Assembly (NCBI GenBank): GCA_963847445.1
Contig: CAWJZV010000030.1
Span: 352,001 to 416,000, forward strand
Reading direction: 5' to 3'
DNA: 64,000 nucleotides
Origin: an uncultured delta proteobacterium
GTDB lineage: Bacteria; Desulfobacterota; Binatia; UBA9968
The translations under genes were made by a program, and so were the position numbers. The stretch's first letter is position 1, and each line of letters begins with the position of its first letter. Of this stretch, positions 35,154-45,918 are shown piece after piece. The notes beneath the pieces were generated by a model. That model worked only from the letters and a program-made list of their open reading frames with translations. It had not been told where the DNA came from and did no database searches.

Positions 35154-35864
35154 ATGAGTGGCAACGAGATCCTCTTCGAGCAAATCCGCTCCAGCGGTTG
35201 CCTCTCCTATGTGCTCGGCTGCGCCCGGGAAAAAACTTGCATCGTCATCGACCCCGAGATCGACAAGGCCGACGACTACGCCAGCCTGGTAAAATTCTTC
35301 GGCTCGAAACTCGTCTACGCCATCGACACCCACACCCACGCCGACCACAACTCCGCTTGCAAGCTCATGCGCGAACGCTACGGCGTCAAGGTCGTCATGC
35401 ATCGCGCCACCGACGCCCCCTACGTCGATATCAGAGTCGAGGACGGCGAGGAAATTCACTTCGGTACGCAGAGATTAAAAGTCATCTACACCCCCGGCCA
35501 TACCGAAGACGCCATGTGCCTGCTATTCAACGACCGCATCTTCACCGGCGACACCTTGCTCATCGGCGGCTGCGGCCGCACGGATTTACCCGGCGGCAGC
35601 GCCGAGCAGCAGTGGGACAGCCTGCGCCGCTTGCAAGCGCTGGGCAATGAACTCCGCGTCTATCCGGGCCATGACTATCGCGAAGCCGTGTCGACTCTCG
35701 GCGATGAAAAGCAAAAAAACCCGCGCCTGACCATCCCGTCGCGCGACGAATTCATCCAGTTCATGACCTCGCGCCACCCTCCCCTGCCGCGCAAGATCCA
35801 AGAAGCGCTGGAGTGGAACCGCACGCCGATCTACCGGCAGCGCGGCTTGGGGGAAGGGATCTGA
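35154..35864 (+). CDS. MBL-fold persulfide dioxygenase (ETHE1/Sdo-like)
   Basis: 'THTHADH', 'TPGHT', 'FTGDTLLIGGCGRTD', 'VYPGHDY'. Confidence 0.85.
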   Translation: MSGNEILFEQIRSSGCLSYVLGCAREKTCIVIDPEIDKADDYASLVKFFGSKLVYAIDTHTHADHNSACKLMRERYGVKVVMHRATDAPYVDIRVEDGEEIHFGTQRLKVIYTPGHTEDAMCLLFNDRIFTGDTLLIGGCGRTDLPGGSAEQQWDSLRRLQALGNELRVYPGHDYREAVSTLGDEKQKNPRLTIPSRDEFIQFMTSRHPPLPRKIQEALEWNRTPIYRQRGLGEGI

Positions 35865-35987
35865 AGTATTTCAAATTACAGATTCCAAATTCCAAATCGG
35901 TTTCCTTAATCTCATTCTTACTGCTACTTGATCCCCGTTGCCTCGACTTCGCTGCATTGACTCTAGAACGTATCTCGTGTTTTGAAT

Positions 35988-37863
35988 GATGGTGTGAAAC
36001 GCGAGCCATCAAACACAGATTCGACAAATCCCGACATCCTCGAAACCCTGCGCCGTTACTGGGGCTACAACGAGCTGCGACCGCTCCAAGAACAGGCGAT
36101 CCAGGCGGAGTTGGCGCACCGCGACTCGCTGGTCGTCATGCCCACCGGCGGCGGCAAGTCGCTGTGCTACCAGATCCCCCCCGCGGTGGCGAAGCGCACG
36201 GATATTGTCATCTCGCCGTTGATCTCGCTGATGAAAGATCAGGTCGACGGTCTGCGCGAATGCGGCTATCCCGCCGCGGCCCTTTACAGCGGCATGCCGC
36301 CCCACGCCGTGCACGAGACCGAAGCGCAGTTCCTTGCCGGGCGCTACCGCTTGCTGTTCGTCGCGCCGGAGCGCTTGCTAACGCCGCATTTCATGGAGCT
36401 CGCCGAGAAGATCAAAATTCACGCCTTCGCCATCGACGAAGCGCACTGCATCAGCCATTGGGGCCACGACTTCAGACCCGAATATCGCCGTCTGGCCGAA
36501 CTGAAAAAACATTTTCCCAAGGCCAGCCTGCATGCCTACACCGCGACGGCTACAGAGAGAGTCCGCCTCGACATCGCCCAGCAGTTGAAACTGCGCAATC
36601 CCGAGCTGCTGGTCGGCACCTTCGACCGGCCCAACTTAGTCTATCGCATCGTGCCGCGGGTCGACGCCCGCGCGCAAGTTTTGGAAATTCTGCAAGCGCC
36701 ACGCCAATCAAGCGGCGATCGTCTACTGCCTGAGCCGCAACGATACCGAGTCGATGGCGTCATTTCTCCAATCCAATAAAATTCGCGCGGCCCATTATCA
36801 CGCCGGCATGGAACCCGAGCAGCGCCGGCGCACCCAGGAAGAGTTCGCGTCCGAAGCCCTCGACGTGGTCGCGGCCACCGTCGCCTTCGGCATGGGCATC
36901 GACCGCAGCGACGTCCGCTGCGTCATCCACGCTGCCATGCCGAAGTCGGTCGAGCACTATCAACAGGAAACCGGCCGCGCCGGCCGCGACGGTCTGGAAG
37001 CGGAATGCGTGCTGCTGTACTCCGCCGCCGACGTGCTGCGCTGGGACTCGCTGATCACGCGCAATGCGACGGACGCCGACTCCACTCCGGAAACCATCGC
37101 CGCCTCGCGCCAACTGCTCGATCACATGCGCCAGATCTGCAGCGGCGTGCACTGCCGTCATAAGAAGCTATCTGAATATTTTGGCCAGGCCTACCCAAAA
37201 CCCAATTGCGAGGCCTGCGATGTCTGTCTCAGCGAAGTCGAAGGTCTCGCCGACGCGACGGTGACGGCGCAAAAGATCCTTTCCTGCGTCGCCCGCGTCG
37301 GCGAACGCTTCGGCATCGCCCATATCGTCGATGTCCTGGCCGGCGCCAACACCGAGCGAGTGCGCCGCTGGGAACACGAAAAGCTCAGCACCCACGGGCT
37401 GATGAAAGACACTGACCGCAAGTCTCTGACGAACATGCTTTACCAGCTCATCGACAATGGCCTGCTCGATCGCACCGATGAAGATTATCCCGTGCTGCGC
37501 TTGAACGACGCTTCCCGCGAAGTGCTGAAAGGCCAACGCACCGTCAAACTTCTCCAGCCGAAAATCAAAGCGAAGGTGAAGAAGACCCGCTACGACGAAC
37601 AGTCCTGGCAAAATGTCGACGAAGGTTTGTTTGAATCGCTGCGAGCGTTACGCCGCAAACTCGCCGATCAACGCGGCGTGCCAGCCTACGTCCTGTTCAA
37701 CGACGCCACCCTGCGAGATATGGCGCGCACGCGGCCGAGCTCCGCAAGCGCACTGCTGAATATTCGCGGCGTCGGTGAAAAGAAGCTGGCGGATATCGGC
37801 CAGCCATTTCTTGACGTGATTTCGAATTACTGTCGGGAGAAGCGGTTGGCGTTGGATTTGTGA
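35988..37863 (+). CDS. recQ: ATP-dependent DNA helicase RecQ (frameshifted near 36700)
   Basis: 'MPTGGGKSLCYQ', 'DEAHCISHWGHDFRPEY', 'QETGRAGRDG', Zn/RQC and HRDC regions. Confidence 0.96.
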
Positions 37864-38049
37864 GTCGGCAGAGCGGCCGGCCCTGAAAAATAGGCGATAC
37901 CGTCATGATCCGAGTGAACGTGAAGAGACAGTTGTCAGCCTAGAGCGGATTCAATGCCGCGGGCGTCCATCGGGCGCCGACGCGGTGGCTCGTCGAAGCA
38001 TCGCGTAATCGATCGCAGCGAAAATGCCATTGCACGAATGGAGGGCACG

Positions 38050-39003
38050 ATGGCCCGTCTGTACATCACCTATAGCTCGAGGGATCGCGCCCTGGCGTTG
38101 CAGCTGGCCGCGCAGCTCCGTGCCTATGGCCACCAAATCGCAATTGACGTCGATTCGTTGGTGCCGGGAATCGAGTGGCGGCGGGAGCTGATGGACAAAC
38201 TGCTGCTCTGCGACGGCGTCGTGGTGCTACTGACCGCGAACGCGGTCGGCTCCCCGTTCGTGTTCTCCGAGATCGGTTCGGCGCGTGCATCGTCGCGCCG
38301 ATTCCTCATTCCAGTGATTGTCGGCGACCTGCCTATTCACCCGGTGGTTCAGGACATCTACGCCATTCGCATTCCATCGAGCTCAACACGCGAAGTTCGA
38401 AAGGCCGTCAAAAAGATCGACGAGGCGGTTAAGGCTCACCTCCGACGCTCAGCTGCCCTGCTGGGTGTTACCGTGCCCTCAGGATACGAGCACCTGAGCA
38501 CGCAAGTGCGCCGCTTCTGCGAAGACTCTCCGTTCGAGCGCAACGTCTTCGTCATGATGAAATTCCCGGACAAGACGAGCATGCCGGCACGGCATATCCG
38601 GCTCCTCAACGATGTCTGGGAGGTCATCAGCTCCCAGGCGGCCCGCCACGGCCTCGAGGCGAGACGAGCCGACCTGCAGGGCTATCACGACCAGCTTTGG
38701 GAAAACATCTGTGTGTACATCATCGGTTCCAAGTATGGGATCGCGGTCCTGGAGGACGAGGTCGCCAGCGAATTGAATCCCAACGTCGCGCTCGAGTACG
38801 GCTTCATGAAGGCTCTGGACCATCCGGTCGCTCTCATGCGCAGCAGCGGATTCAAGCACAGCCGCGCGGATTTGGCGGGCAAGCTCGCCAACACCTTCGA
38901 CATCGTCGGCGGAGTGCTGCGAAGCGCGAGTCTACGGCAAGCGGTCGGCGCGTGGTTCAAGGAGCAGGGGCTAGCGGCCCGGACGCGGGTCACGCGCCGA
39001 TAG
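38050..39003 (+). CDS. TIR domain fused to a nucleoside 2-deoxyribosyltransferase-like (TIR-like) domain
   Basis: N-term 'YITYSSRD..D..SLVPG..W..SPFVFSEIG..IPV'; C-term 'NVFVMMKF..RAD..NPNVALEYG'. Confidence 0.75.
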   Translation: MARLYITYSSRDRALALQLAAQLRAYGHQIAIDVDSLVPGIEWRRELMDKLLLCDGVVVLLTANAVGSPFVFSEIGSARASSRRFLIPVIVGDLPIHPVVQDIYAIRIPSSSTREVRKAVKKIDEAVKAHLRRSAALLGVTVPSGYEHLSTQVRRFCEDSPFERNVFVMMKFPDKTSMPARHIRLLNDVWEVISSQAARHGLEARRADLQGYHDQLWENICVYIIGSKYGIAVLEDEVASELNPNVALEYGFMKALDHPVALMRSSGFKHSRADLAGKLANTFDIVGGVLRSASLRQAVGAWFKEQGLAARTRVTRR

Positions 39004-39011
39004 TCAGGACT
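38943..39011 (+). repeat. 69-bp diverged direct repeat, copy 1 (3' end of TIR gene)
   Basis: Gapless 58/69 match to 42361-42429 by manual alignment. Confidence 0.9.
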
Positions 39012-39359
39012 TTTCAGTTGTGGACTAAGGCACTCGGCGGCGGCGCTGTTACTCCCGCAACTTTAGCCGCTAGCCAGAATCTCTGTTTTTGCCCCCTACT
39101 TTGTCACTCGTGATCTCGGTCAAATCCAGCGCCGGCGTAAGTCTATGGTCGCGCGGAGAAAATGCTCTACGTCTCAGTTCCCAGCAATTGCCAAAAGCAA
39201 GCGAACTTCTGCCGACCGGCACGCTCGTCGACGTCGAGATTTGGCCTCGGCGACGACTCAAAAATTGAGATTTCAGGAGTGAGTACTGCACCATGCACCG
39301 TAGCGTTGAGCAACCGGTAGTCTTGTACGGCATAATTACTGCTTGTTTCACATTCGTGA

Positions 39360-39782
39360 GTGAACACCAACAAAAAAATTCTTATAGTCGAAGACAATGA
39401 GGATTGCCGAGAGCTACAAGCCGTCGTCATCAGGCGTCTAGGGTATGAGGTGATTGAGGCCAACAATGGAGCTGCAGCAATAGAGGAGGCACTCGCTGAG
39501 AAACCCGACCTCATCCTGATGGACCTAAGTATGCCTAAAATGAGTGGTGAGGATGCAATCGTGCAGTTAAAAAATCTACCTTCTACAAGGGAGATACCGG
39601 TTATTATCTGTACGGCTTACGATGCCGGCCGCAGAGTAAACCGAGCCATCGTAGCCGGCGCCGTAGAAGTTTTGCACAAGCCGTTTAAATTCTCCGAGCT
39701 AGAAACCCTGCTGCGAAAGCATATACGAAGCCAGTGCAACGTCGCAATTTCCTTTTCAACCGCGTTAATCTACCACTTGTAA
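39360..39782 (+). CDS. Single-domain response regulator (DivK/CheY-like)
   Basis: 'ILIVEDN', 'PDLILMDLSMP', 'IPVIICTA', 'KPF'. Confidence 0.9.
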   Translation: MNTNKKILIVEDNEDCRELQAVVIRRLGYEVIEANNGAAAIEEALAEKPDLILMDLSMPKMSGEDAIVQLKNLPSTREIPVIICTAYDAGRRVNRAIVAGAVEVLHKPFKFSELETLLRKHIRSQCNVAISFSTALIYHL

Positions 39783-39880
39783 AATCGATTGGTGAGTCAC
39801 TCCTAATCCCGCCGCTCTTCTCGTAACGAGCCGCGAAAGTCCCCGGTTGAACCTAAGAAAAGCGGCGCGTGTCGGTGCGG

Positions 39881-40237
39881 TTACATCGGAATTCTATTGG
39901 TGTCGATAGTTGGAAAGGTTAGCATAATTCGTTGCGTTGCCTTAGATTTGAACTTGGCGGTTTGTCCCACGGCTGGAGCAGAGTTTATGTTTTTTGCCTC
40001 AGTATTGGGACACCGCTTTATTCTGTGGCACATCCTACTGATCACGGTTACGGAATTGAAGTCTGCGTAGTCCGATAGTTTTTTTCTGAAAAATATGTGA
40101 AGCGGCTGATGCTTTTCCGACCCAAAACTTACAGCAGGAGATGCCAGGAAATCTCCGACACATTCACGACACTCAGGATGGAGACAAAAGGAATAACAGT
40201 GCTCTGAAGCGGGCGTAACTGACATCACTCCAGTCAA
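39881..40237 (-). CDS. Hypothetical Cys/His-rich protein
   Basis: Perfect SD AAGGAGGT just upstream of TTG 40237; 'HCYSFCLHPECREC'. Confidence 0.45.
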   Translation of the reverse strand: MTGVMSVTPASEHCYSFCLHPECRECVGDFLASPAVSFGSEKHQPLHIFFRKKLSDYADFNSVTVISRMCHRIKRCPNTEAKNINSAPAVGQTAKFKSKATQRIMLTFPTIDTNRIPM

Positions 40238-40492
40238 CTGTTACCTCCTTCTATGCGGCCAGTTTATCTCTGTAAGTTCCTTCCGATCTGAGCGTACAGC
40301 ACGCCCCTTAACTGCTTTTCTATCCTAAAAAAATTAGCGGTAAATGCTGCTGAGTTTCCTCTTTGGACCAGCACTTGCGTTGGGCACATATAGACTTGTG
40401 CTCGGGGAGAAAACAGTCCACTCAAATATGCCGGCCAGTGAATCCGATGATTTGTTCTACGGCACTGCTCTTGCCGAAAAGGGAGTCCTACA

Positions 40493-41983
40493 TTGGAAGA
40501 GACCGAGATAATCATTGAGCGAAATGGGGAGTGCGAGAAGTCGCACAGTAGCGAAACTCGTTACCGGCGCCTGTTCGAGGCGGCCAAGGACGGCATCATT
40601 TCTTCGATGCGGATACGGGACGGATCACCGACGTCAACCCATTCCTGGAAGACCTGTTGGGTTATTCTACACCGAGTTGGTCGGCAAGGCGCTCTGGGAG
40701 ATCGGCCCGGTCCAGGACATTACCGCGAGCCAGGACGCCATGCGCAACTTGCAGAAACTGGAATACATCCGTTATGAGAATCTGCCGTTGGTCACCAAAG
40801 CCGGACAGCAAATCCAGGTGGAGTTCGTGAGCAATGTCTACCTCGTCGATCGCTGGCGCGTGATCCAATGCAACGTCCGCGACATCACCGCCCGCAAACA
40901 GGCCGAGGAGGGTCTGCGGACGGCCCATGACGAGCTGCGGCTTCGGTGACGGAACTGCAAAAGCGTGACGAGACCATGAAGTCGCTCATCCGGCTCAATG
41001 ATCTGCTGCAATCGTGCACCACCAAGGCCGAGGCCTACCGGGTGGTGGAGCTGATGGCGAACGAACTCTTCCCCGGGGACAGTGGTGGGTTAGCCATTTT
41101 GCATGCCCCGGATCAAGATTTGGAGACGGTGGCGCGGTGGGGCGACGAGACCGCGCTAGTGCCCAGTTTTTCATTGGAGGATTGTTGGGCGTTGCGGCGC
41201 GGCAAACTCCATGAGGTCATCGATCGACAGGCGGGTTTGGTGTGTAATCATTTTACCCATCAACCGGAGATCGGCTACTTGTGTGTGCCCTTGATGGTCC
41301 AAGGCGGCACGATCGGCCTGTTGTGTCTCACCGGCGCGCCGGAAAAGGTGATCGGTTCGATCACGCGCCAGCGACTGGCCGTGGCCGCGGGCGATACGAT
41401 CAAGCTGTCGTTCCATAATTTGAAACTAAGAGAGGACCTGCGCGAACAGGCCATCCACGATCCGCTGACCGGCCTGTGCAATCGGCGCTATTTGGAAGAA
41501 AGTTTATCGCGCGAGCTGTATCGAGCGGAGCGCGGCAAATCGCCGCTCAGCGTCGTGATGCTCGACCTCGACAACTTCAAGCCCTTCAATGACACCTTCG
41601 GCCACGATGCCGGCGATTCGCTGTTGCGCCAGTTGGGCCAGATGCTTCACGATAACCTGCGCAAGAGCGATATCGCGTGCCGCTATGGGGGCGATGAGTT
41701 CGTCCTGGTGCTGCCCGATTCCTCGGTGGCGGACACCGAGCGCCGCGTGGAGCAGATCCTCACTCTGGTCACAGAACTATCCTACTCAGAATGGCGCTCA
41801 GACCAGACATCACGATATCGGCCGGTATTGCTGGCGCGTCCGAGCACGGGTTCACGGCCGCTCAGATACTCCAGGCCGCGGACAGCGCCATGTATGACGC
41901 CAAGCATGCCGGGGGTGACTGTGTCGTTGTCTACCAGGCGCACAGACAGCTTGAAACAGCTGAAGGTGCCTCGCGCAACATGA
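40493..41983 (+). CDS. PAS-GAF-GGDEF diguanylate cyclase (frameshifted)
   Basis: PAS 'RYRRLFEAAKDGI..IQCNVRDIT', GAF 'DCWALRRG', 'DPLTGL', I-site RKSD, 'RYGGDEF'. Confidence 0.88.
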
Positions 41984-42019
41984 GATCCTCGAGTCGCCAA
42001 TACTGCTGAGATCCGGTCG

Positions 42020-42105
42020 GACCTCCCACTAAGTTCGATCTGGTCATCCATCACAAGGTGGCCAAGCAGGTCGGCTTGACGATTTCGCCCTATGTACTGA
42101 GATTT
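42020..42105 (+). pseudogene. C-terminal remnant of an ABC_sub_bind-type substrate-binding protein
   Basis: Translates 'PTKFDLVIHHKVAKQVGLTISPYVLR', resembling the family C-terminus PTKFELVINLKTAKQIGLTIP. Confidence 0.6.
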
Positions 42106-42360
42106 CCCATTACGAAAGTTGCCTTCGCAGCGGTTAAGACGCGGTCGGAGCACCGACTGCCGGCGCGAGCTGACGACGCTTTGAACGAACGACTAGTCAA
42201 CCCCTTGCTCGATTTGAATTTGGAGATCAGCAACAGTCGATATGCGCGCTTTTGCTGGGCTTCGATCCGCTCGCCGAGGACGAACTCGACGAAATCGACA
42301 CGGCGCTGGACAGCGAACGGACCGACAAGTCAAACGAGTCGTTTTTCAACACCGAGACAA

Positions 42361-42429
42361 GGTCGCTGCATGGTCCAAGGAGCAAGGGCTAACCGCCCGC
42401 TCGCGGCTCACGCGCCGCTAGTCAGGACT
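42361..42429 (+). repeat. 69-bp diverged direct repeat, copy 2 (orphan TIR-gene 3' end)
   Basis: Encodes VAAWSKEQGLTARSRLTRR* versus VGAWFKEQGLAARTRVTRR* in the TIR gene. Confidence 0.9.
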
Positions 42430-42653
42430 CGCGCCGTGTACTGCAGCAAATCATTATGGGAAGTCCTGCGCGGTCAACGTATCGTGCGCCTGCGGTCGAA
42501 CTCTACAGACTCAATGCTGAACGTTCCGGGTGTCGATTAACTTCGGCGGCGTTTGTATGATTTGCTAATCGGAACAGTTAAAACACCCGGTTTCGGATCC
42601 CAGCATGACGCCAGTAAAGTGAGAACGGCTGATCGGCACCCGAAACGGCAAAT

Positions 42654-43217
42654 TCATTTCAGTACTGCATCGCGCCACCGCGTTAGAAATGGAACGAGAT
42701 TCACGAACCGAGCGAGAAGCGGGTTAAGGATTTCATACAGGGTGCTCGTCAGCGGATAAGGACGGTTGGTATCGACACCCAGACTCTGGATCACTTCGAG
42801 CGTTTGCTTGGTCTGATTACTGGGCGCGCCGAGAGACCACTCAGGACTGTGCTTCCAGTGATTGGCGCCAGCGTTTATCAGTTCGGCCACGGATCGACCT
42901 GTTCCATGCTTCGGACCGAGTGCGAGAGCTTTGCGCTTGTCAATCTGGCGTCGATTCATTGCAGCTGTGGCGTACGTTTGGCATGCAACGAATCCGAATC
43001 CGGTGATATATTCAATATGATCGAAGATTCCAAACGAATCTGGATCCCAGCTTGCCTGCGCCTCTTTGTCCTGGCGTTCTAGCCTCGTATCAACAAGTGC
43101 CGCCGCAGCCTCAAGAAAAAATCCAGATCGAAGTCTAGGATCATCATCTACTTCCGCACCCTTCGCCTTCGAACAGGCAAGCTCCCCTTTTGTGCCGACT
43201 CTGTGCGTCCGACACAT
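42654..43217 (-). CDS. Hypothetical protein, possible HEPN-like (NxxxKH motif)
   Basis: ATG 2 bp after res stop; helical, 'LINAGANHWKHSPEW'. Confidence 0.55.
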   Translation of the reverse strand: MCRTHRVGTKGELACSKAKGAEVDDDPRLRSGFFLEAAAALVDTRLERQDKEAQASWDPDSFGIFDHIEYITGFGFVACQTYATAAMNRRQIDKRKALALGPKHGTGRSVAELINAGANHWKHSPEWSLGAPSNQTKQTLEVIQSLGVDTNRPYPLTSTLYEILNPLLARFVNLVPFLTRWRDAVLK

Positions 43218-43219
43218 TG

Positions 43220-45918
43220 TTATGCTTCCGCTTTGTATTCCCTGAAGCCGCCTGTCAACTCCCGGAACGTCTTTGGTTTGTATTTCTCGAAGCTCGCTTC
43301 GTCCACGTAAACGAAGTCATATTCCACGTCTGCCTGCACCCGGTTGATGTCTTCACACCATTGTCGCAACCGTCGCATCTTCAGCGGCACGTCAAGATCT
43401 TCCTGCCCCTTGGTTTCGGCAATGACAATTCGCTTATCGGATAGCTTGACCAGAAAATCCGGGTAGTAGTTGGATATATCGCCGTCCGCTTTCACGTAGT
43501 CGAGCTTGAAATGCACCGCCAGATAATTCTTGGCGTAGGACACCACATCGTCGCAGTCTTCGAGGAAGCGCGCGAAGCGCAATTCAAGAGGGCTGTCTCC
43601 AATGATGCGGTTAAAGACACTCTTCTTCGGGATCAAGTAGCCCTGATCCTTTGCGACGAAGGGGCGCGTCTGTCGCAGCTTGATTGTGTCACGAATCTCG
43701 GCGTCGCCCTTGTCCTGCACGGTCAGCGCGTTGATTGCCTTTTTAAACGTTTCGATCAGGGTCTTGGTGGCGGCCAGTTCCGACAGATTGCGGAGTGTGT
43801 TGGGGGTGTCCAGGTCCACCGGGCGGTCGAACAGCTGCTCTTGGACAAATGTTTTAACCTTGCCATAGAGCACGTCGTAACCGCTGACCAGGCGCAAGTC
43901 CTTCATCACGGTCTGTGCGAAGAAACCGATCACGCTGCTGTAATCGGCAACGCCACCAGTGTCGAGGACAATGCTATGGTTCACCACGCCGGTAATGCTG
44001 TCTTTGAAAACGATCTCCCGCTGCTCCTCCTCACTGAACTGCCGGTAGGCAACGCGTTGATTCCCCAGCGCGCCCACGTCCAGCGCTGCCAGATTCTTAT
44101 ATTCCCGGTAGATCCTCGGCGTCAGCACGGGAATTTCAATATCCAGCGCGTCGATGTCCTTCTTTTCGTTCTCCTTGTCGATCTCCACCACCAGCGGCGT
44201 CTTAGGCTGCGTGCCTTCGCCCATCGGCTTGCGCTCCAGCACCACGCCTTCCGCCTGAATCGATTCCACGAAATCCATAAAAGCATTCGTGCCGACTACG
44301 CTAACGTATTCCTCCACGTCGGGGTACATCTTGCGCAGGCCGCGCCCGAGGGTTTGTTCAGGCAGGATGTTGCTCTTGGCGGAATAGGCGCGCAGCCCGA
44401 CAATGGTGGTGACGTTGCGCACGTCCCAGTCCTCTTTGAGCACCATCACGGAAATGATCGCCTTGTAAGGGCTGTCCAAGCTGTCAATCGCGTTGGCTTG
44501 CTCGCGCAGCTTATCCAGCTCTTCTTTGCTCTTGCCTGACGTTGATTCGGAAATCTCGCCGTTGCTCTTGGTGTGGATGACCAGCACGGCGTCTTTCAGA
44601 TCGGGGTAGTGGCCTTCAAGATATTCGGCCACCTCGTCGCAATTGCGGGTATCGGCGGTCATCACGAACAGGATCGCCTTCTTGCCGAGCTTTTCGTGTT
44701 CGGTGTAGCTCTTGCGCCACTCGATTACGCCCAGGTGAATATAGTCGGCGTATTTCTCGGTGTACTTGGCGCTCTGGCGCTCCACCAGCTTGGCCCGGCT
44801 CGGAGCATCGGGCAGGACCGGATGCTTCACCACGTTTTGCTTGATAGCTTCCACCAGCGGGTAATCGGCCACGGTCTGCACGAAGATCGCGCCGTTGTTG
44901 TGTTTGGGCGTGGCGGTTACGTCTACTTGCAGAGCGAGCGCCGCCCCTTTCTGCTTCAGGCGGTTGTGAATGTCCTCGATGGACTTGAACCACGCCATGT
45001 CGGGATCGTGGATATGGTGCGCTTCGTCATTGAGCACAATCAGTTCGTCGATGTCGCGCACGATCATAGCCAAGATCGACCTTGCTGTCGGTGGTTCCGC
45101 CGGTTGGGCGCGGCCCCAGGAAATAGTCCATCGTGTTTTCGTCGTCGGCGCGTGGGGATCGACTCATCGCCGGCATAAACGCGATGAATGTTCGTCAGGA
45201 AGATATTGCCCGTGTTGCGGACGACTGCGCACTTCGTCCTGTACGTGCAACGTCAACTGAAAGTCGTCGTGCCAGTTGCGGCCATCGAAGCCGTTGTCGG
45301 GCACAGACCGGATCCTCAAAGAAGATGCGCAGGCCGTCGAAGTCCTTGCGAATGCGGTCGAGCACGATGATGTTCGGCGCGATCACGAGAAAGTTGTGGG
45401 CGAGCTTCGAATCCGGCTCATACAGTTTGTGAAAGAAGCTCCACGCCAACACCAGGCTCAGAACCTTCGTCTTGCCCGTGCCCGTCGCCATCTTCACGAC
45501 CAGGCGGCGCCAGTCTCATCGAACAGGCTCGCCTTTGACTTCACCGGAACGGAATCGAATCGCATCAGGCCGAACTTGTCCTTGAACGGCGTACGCTCCA
45601 TCAAATAGATGATCGTCTCCAACGCCTCGCGTTGGGCGAAGAAGTATGGAACTCGTGCATCAGCGAGCCGGCGTAAGCGGCCGGCGTCAAATGTGGCTCG
45701 TAAAACCACCAGCGCAACAGGCTCTTGCTCGTCGTCGGTCGCGTCTTCATAGCCGCGATCGCGCCACGCCTTTACTTCCTTTCGCAGCATGCGGCACAAG
45801 TGGCGGCATCAGCTGATCGGCCCGCTTTTCGCGCAGACGCTTCGTCGGCGGGGAACCAGCGGATCGATGGATCGAGGATCGCGTGCGGGTCGGTCGGAAA
45901 GCTGGAATGCAGGGCCAT
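43220..45918 (-). CDS. res: Type III restriction endonuclease subunit Res (5' part heavily frameshifted)
   Basis: 'KMATGTGKT', 'NDEAHH', 'TATP', 'EQTLGRGLR', nuclease 'YYPDFLV..ETKG'; ATG overlaps mod TAA. Confidence 0.9.

Noticed and set aside
38943-42429. Diversity-generating retroelement TR/VR pair at the TIR gene C-terminus
   Set aside because: Of 11 mismatches only 3 are A in copy 2 and 2 are A in copy 1, so they are not adenine-specific; no reverse transcriptase in the window
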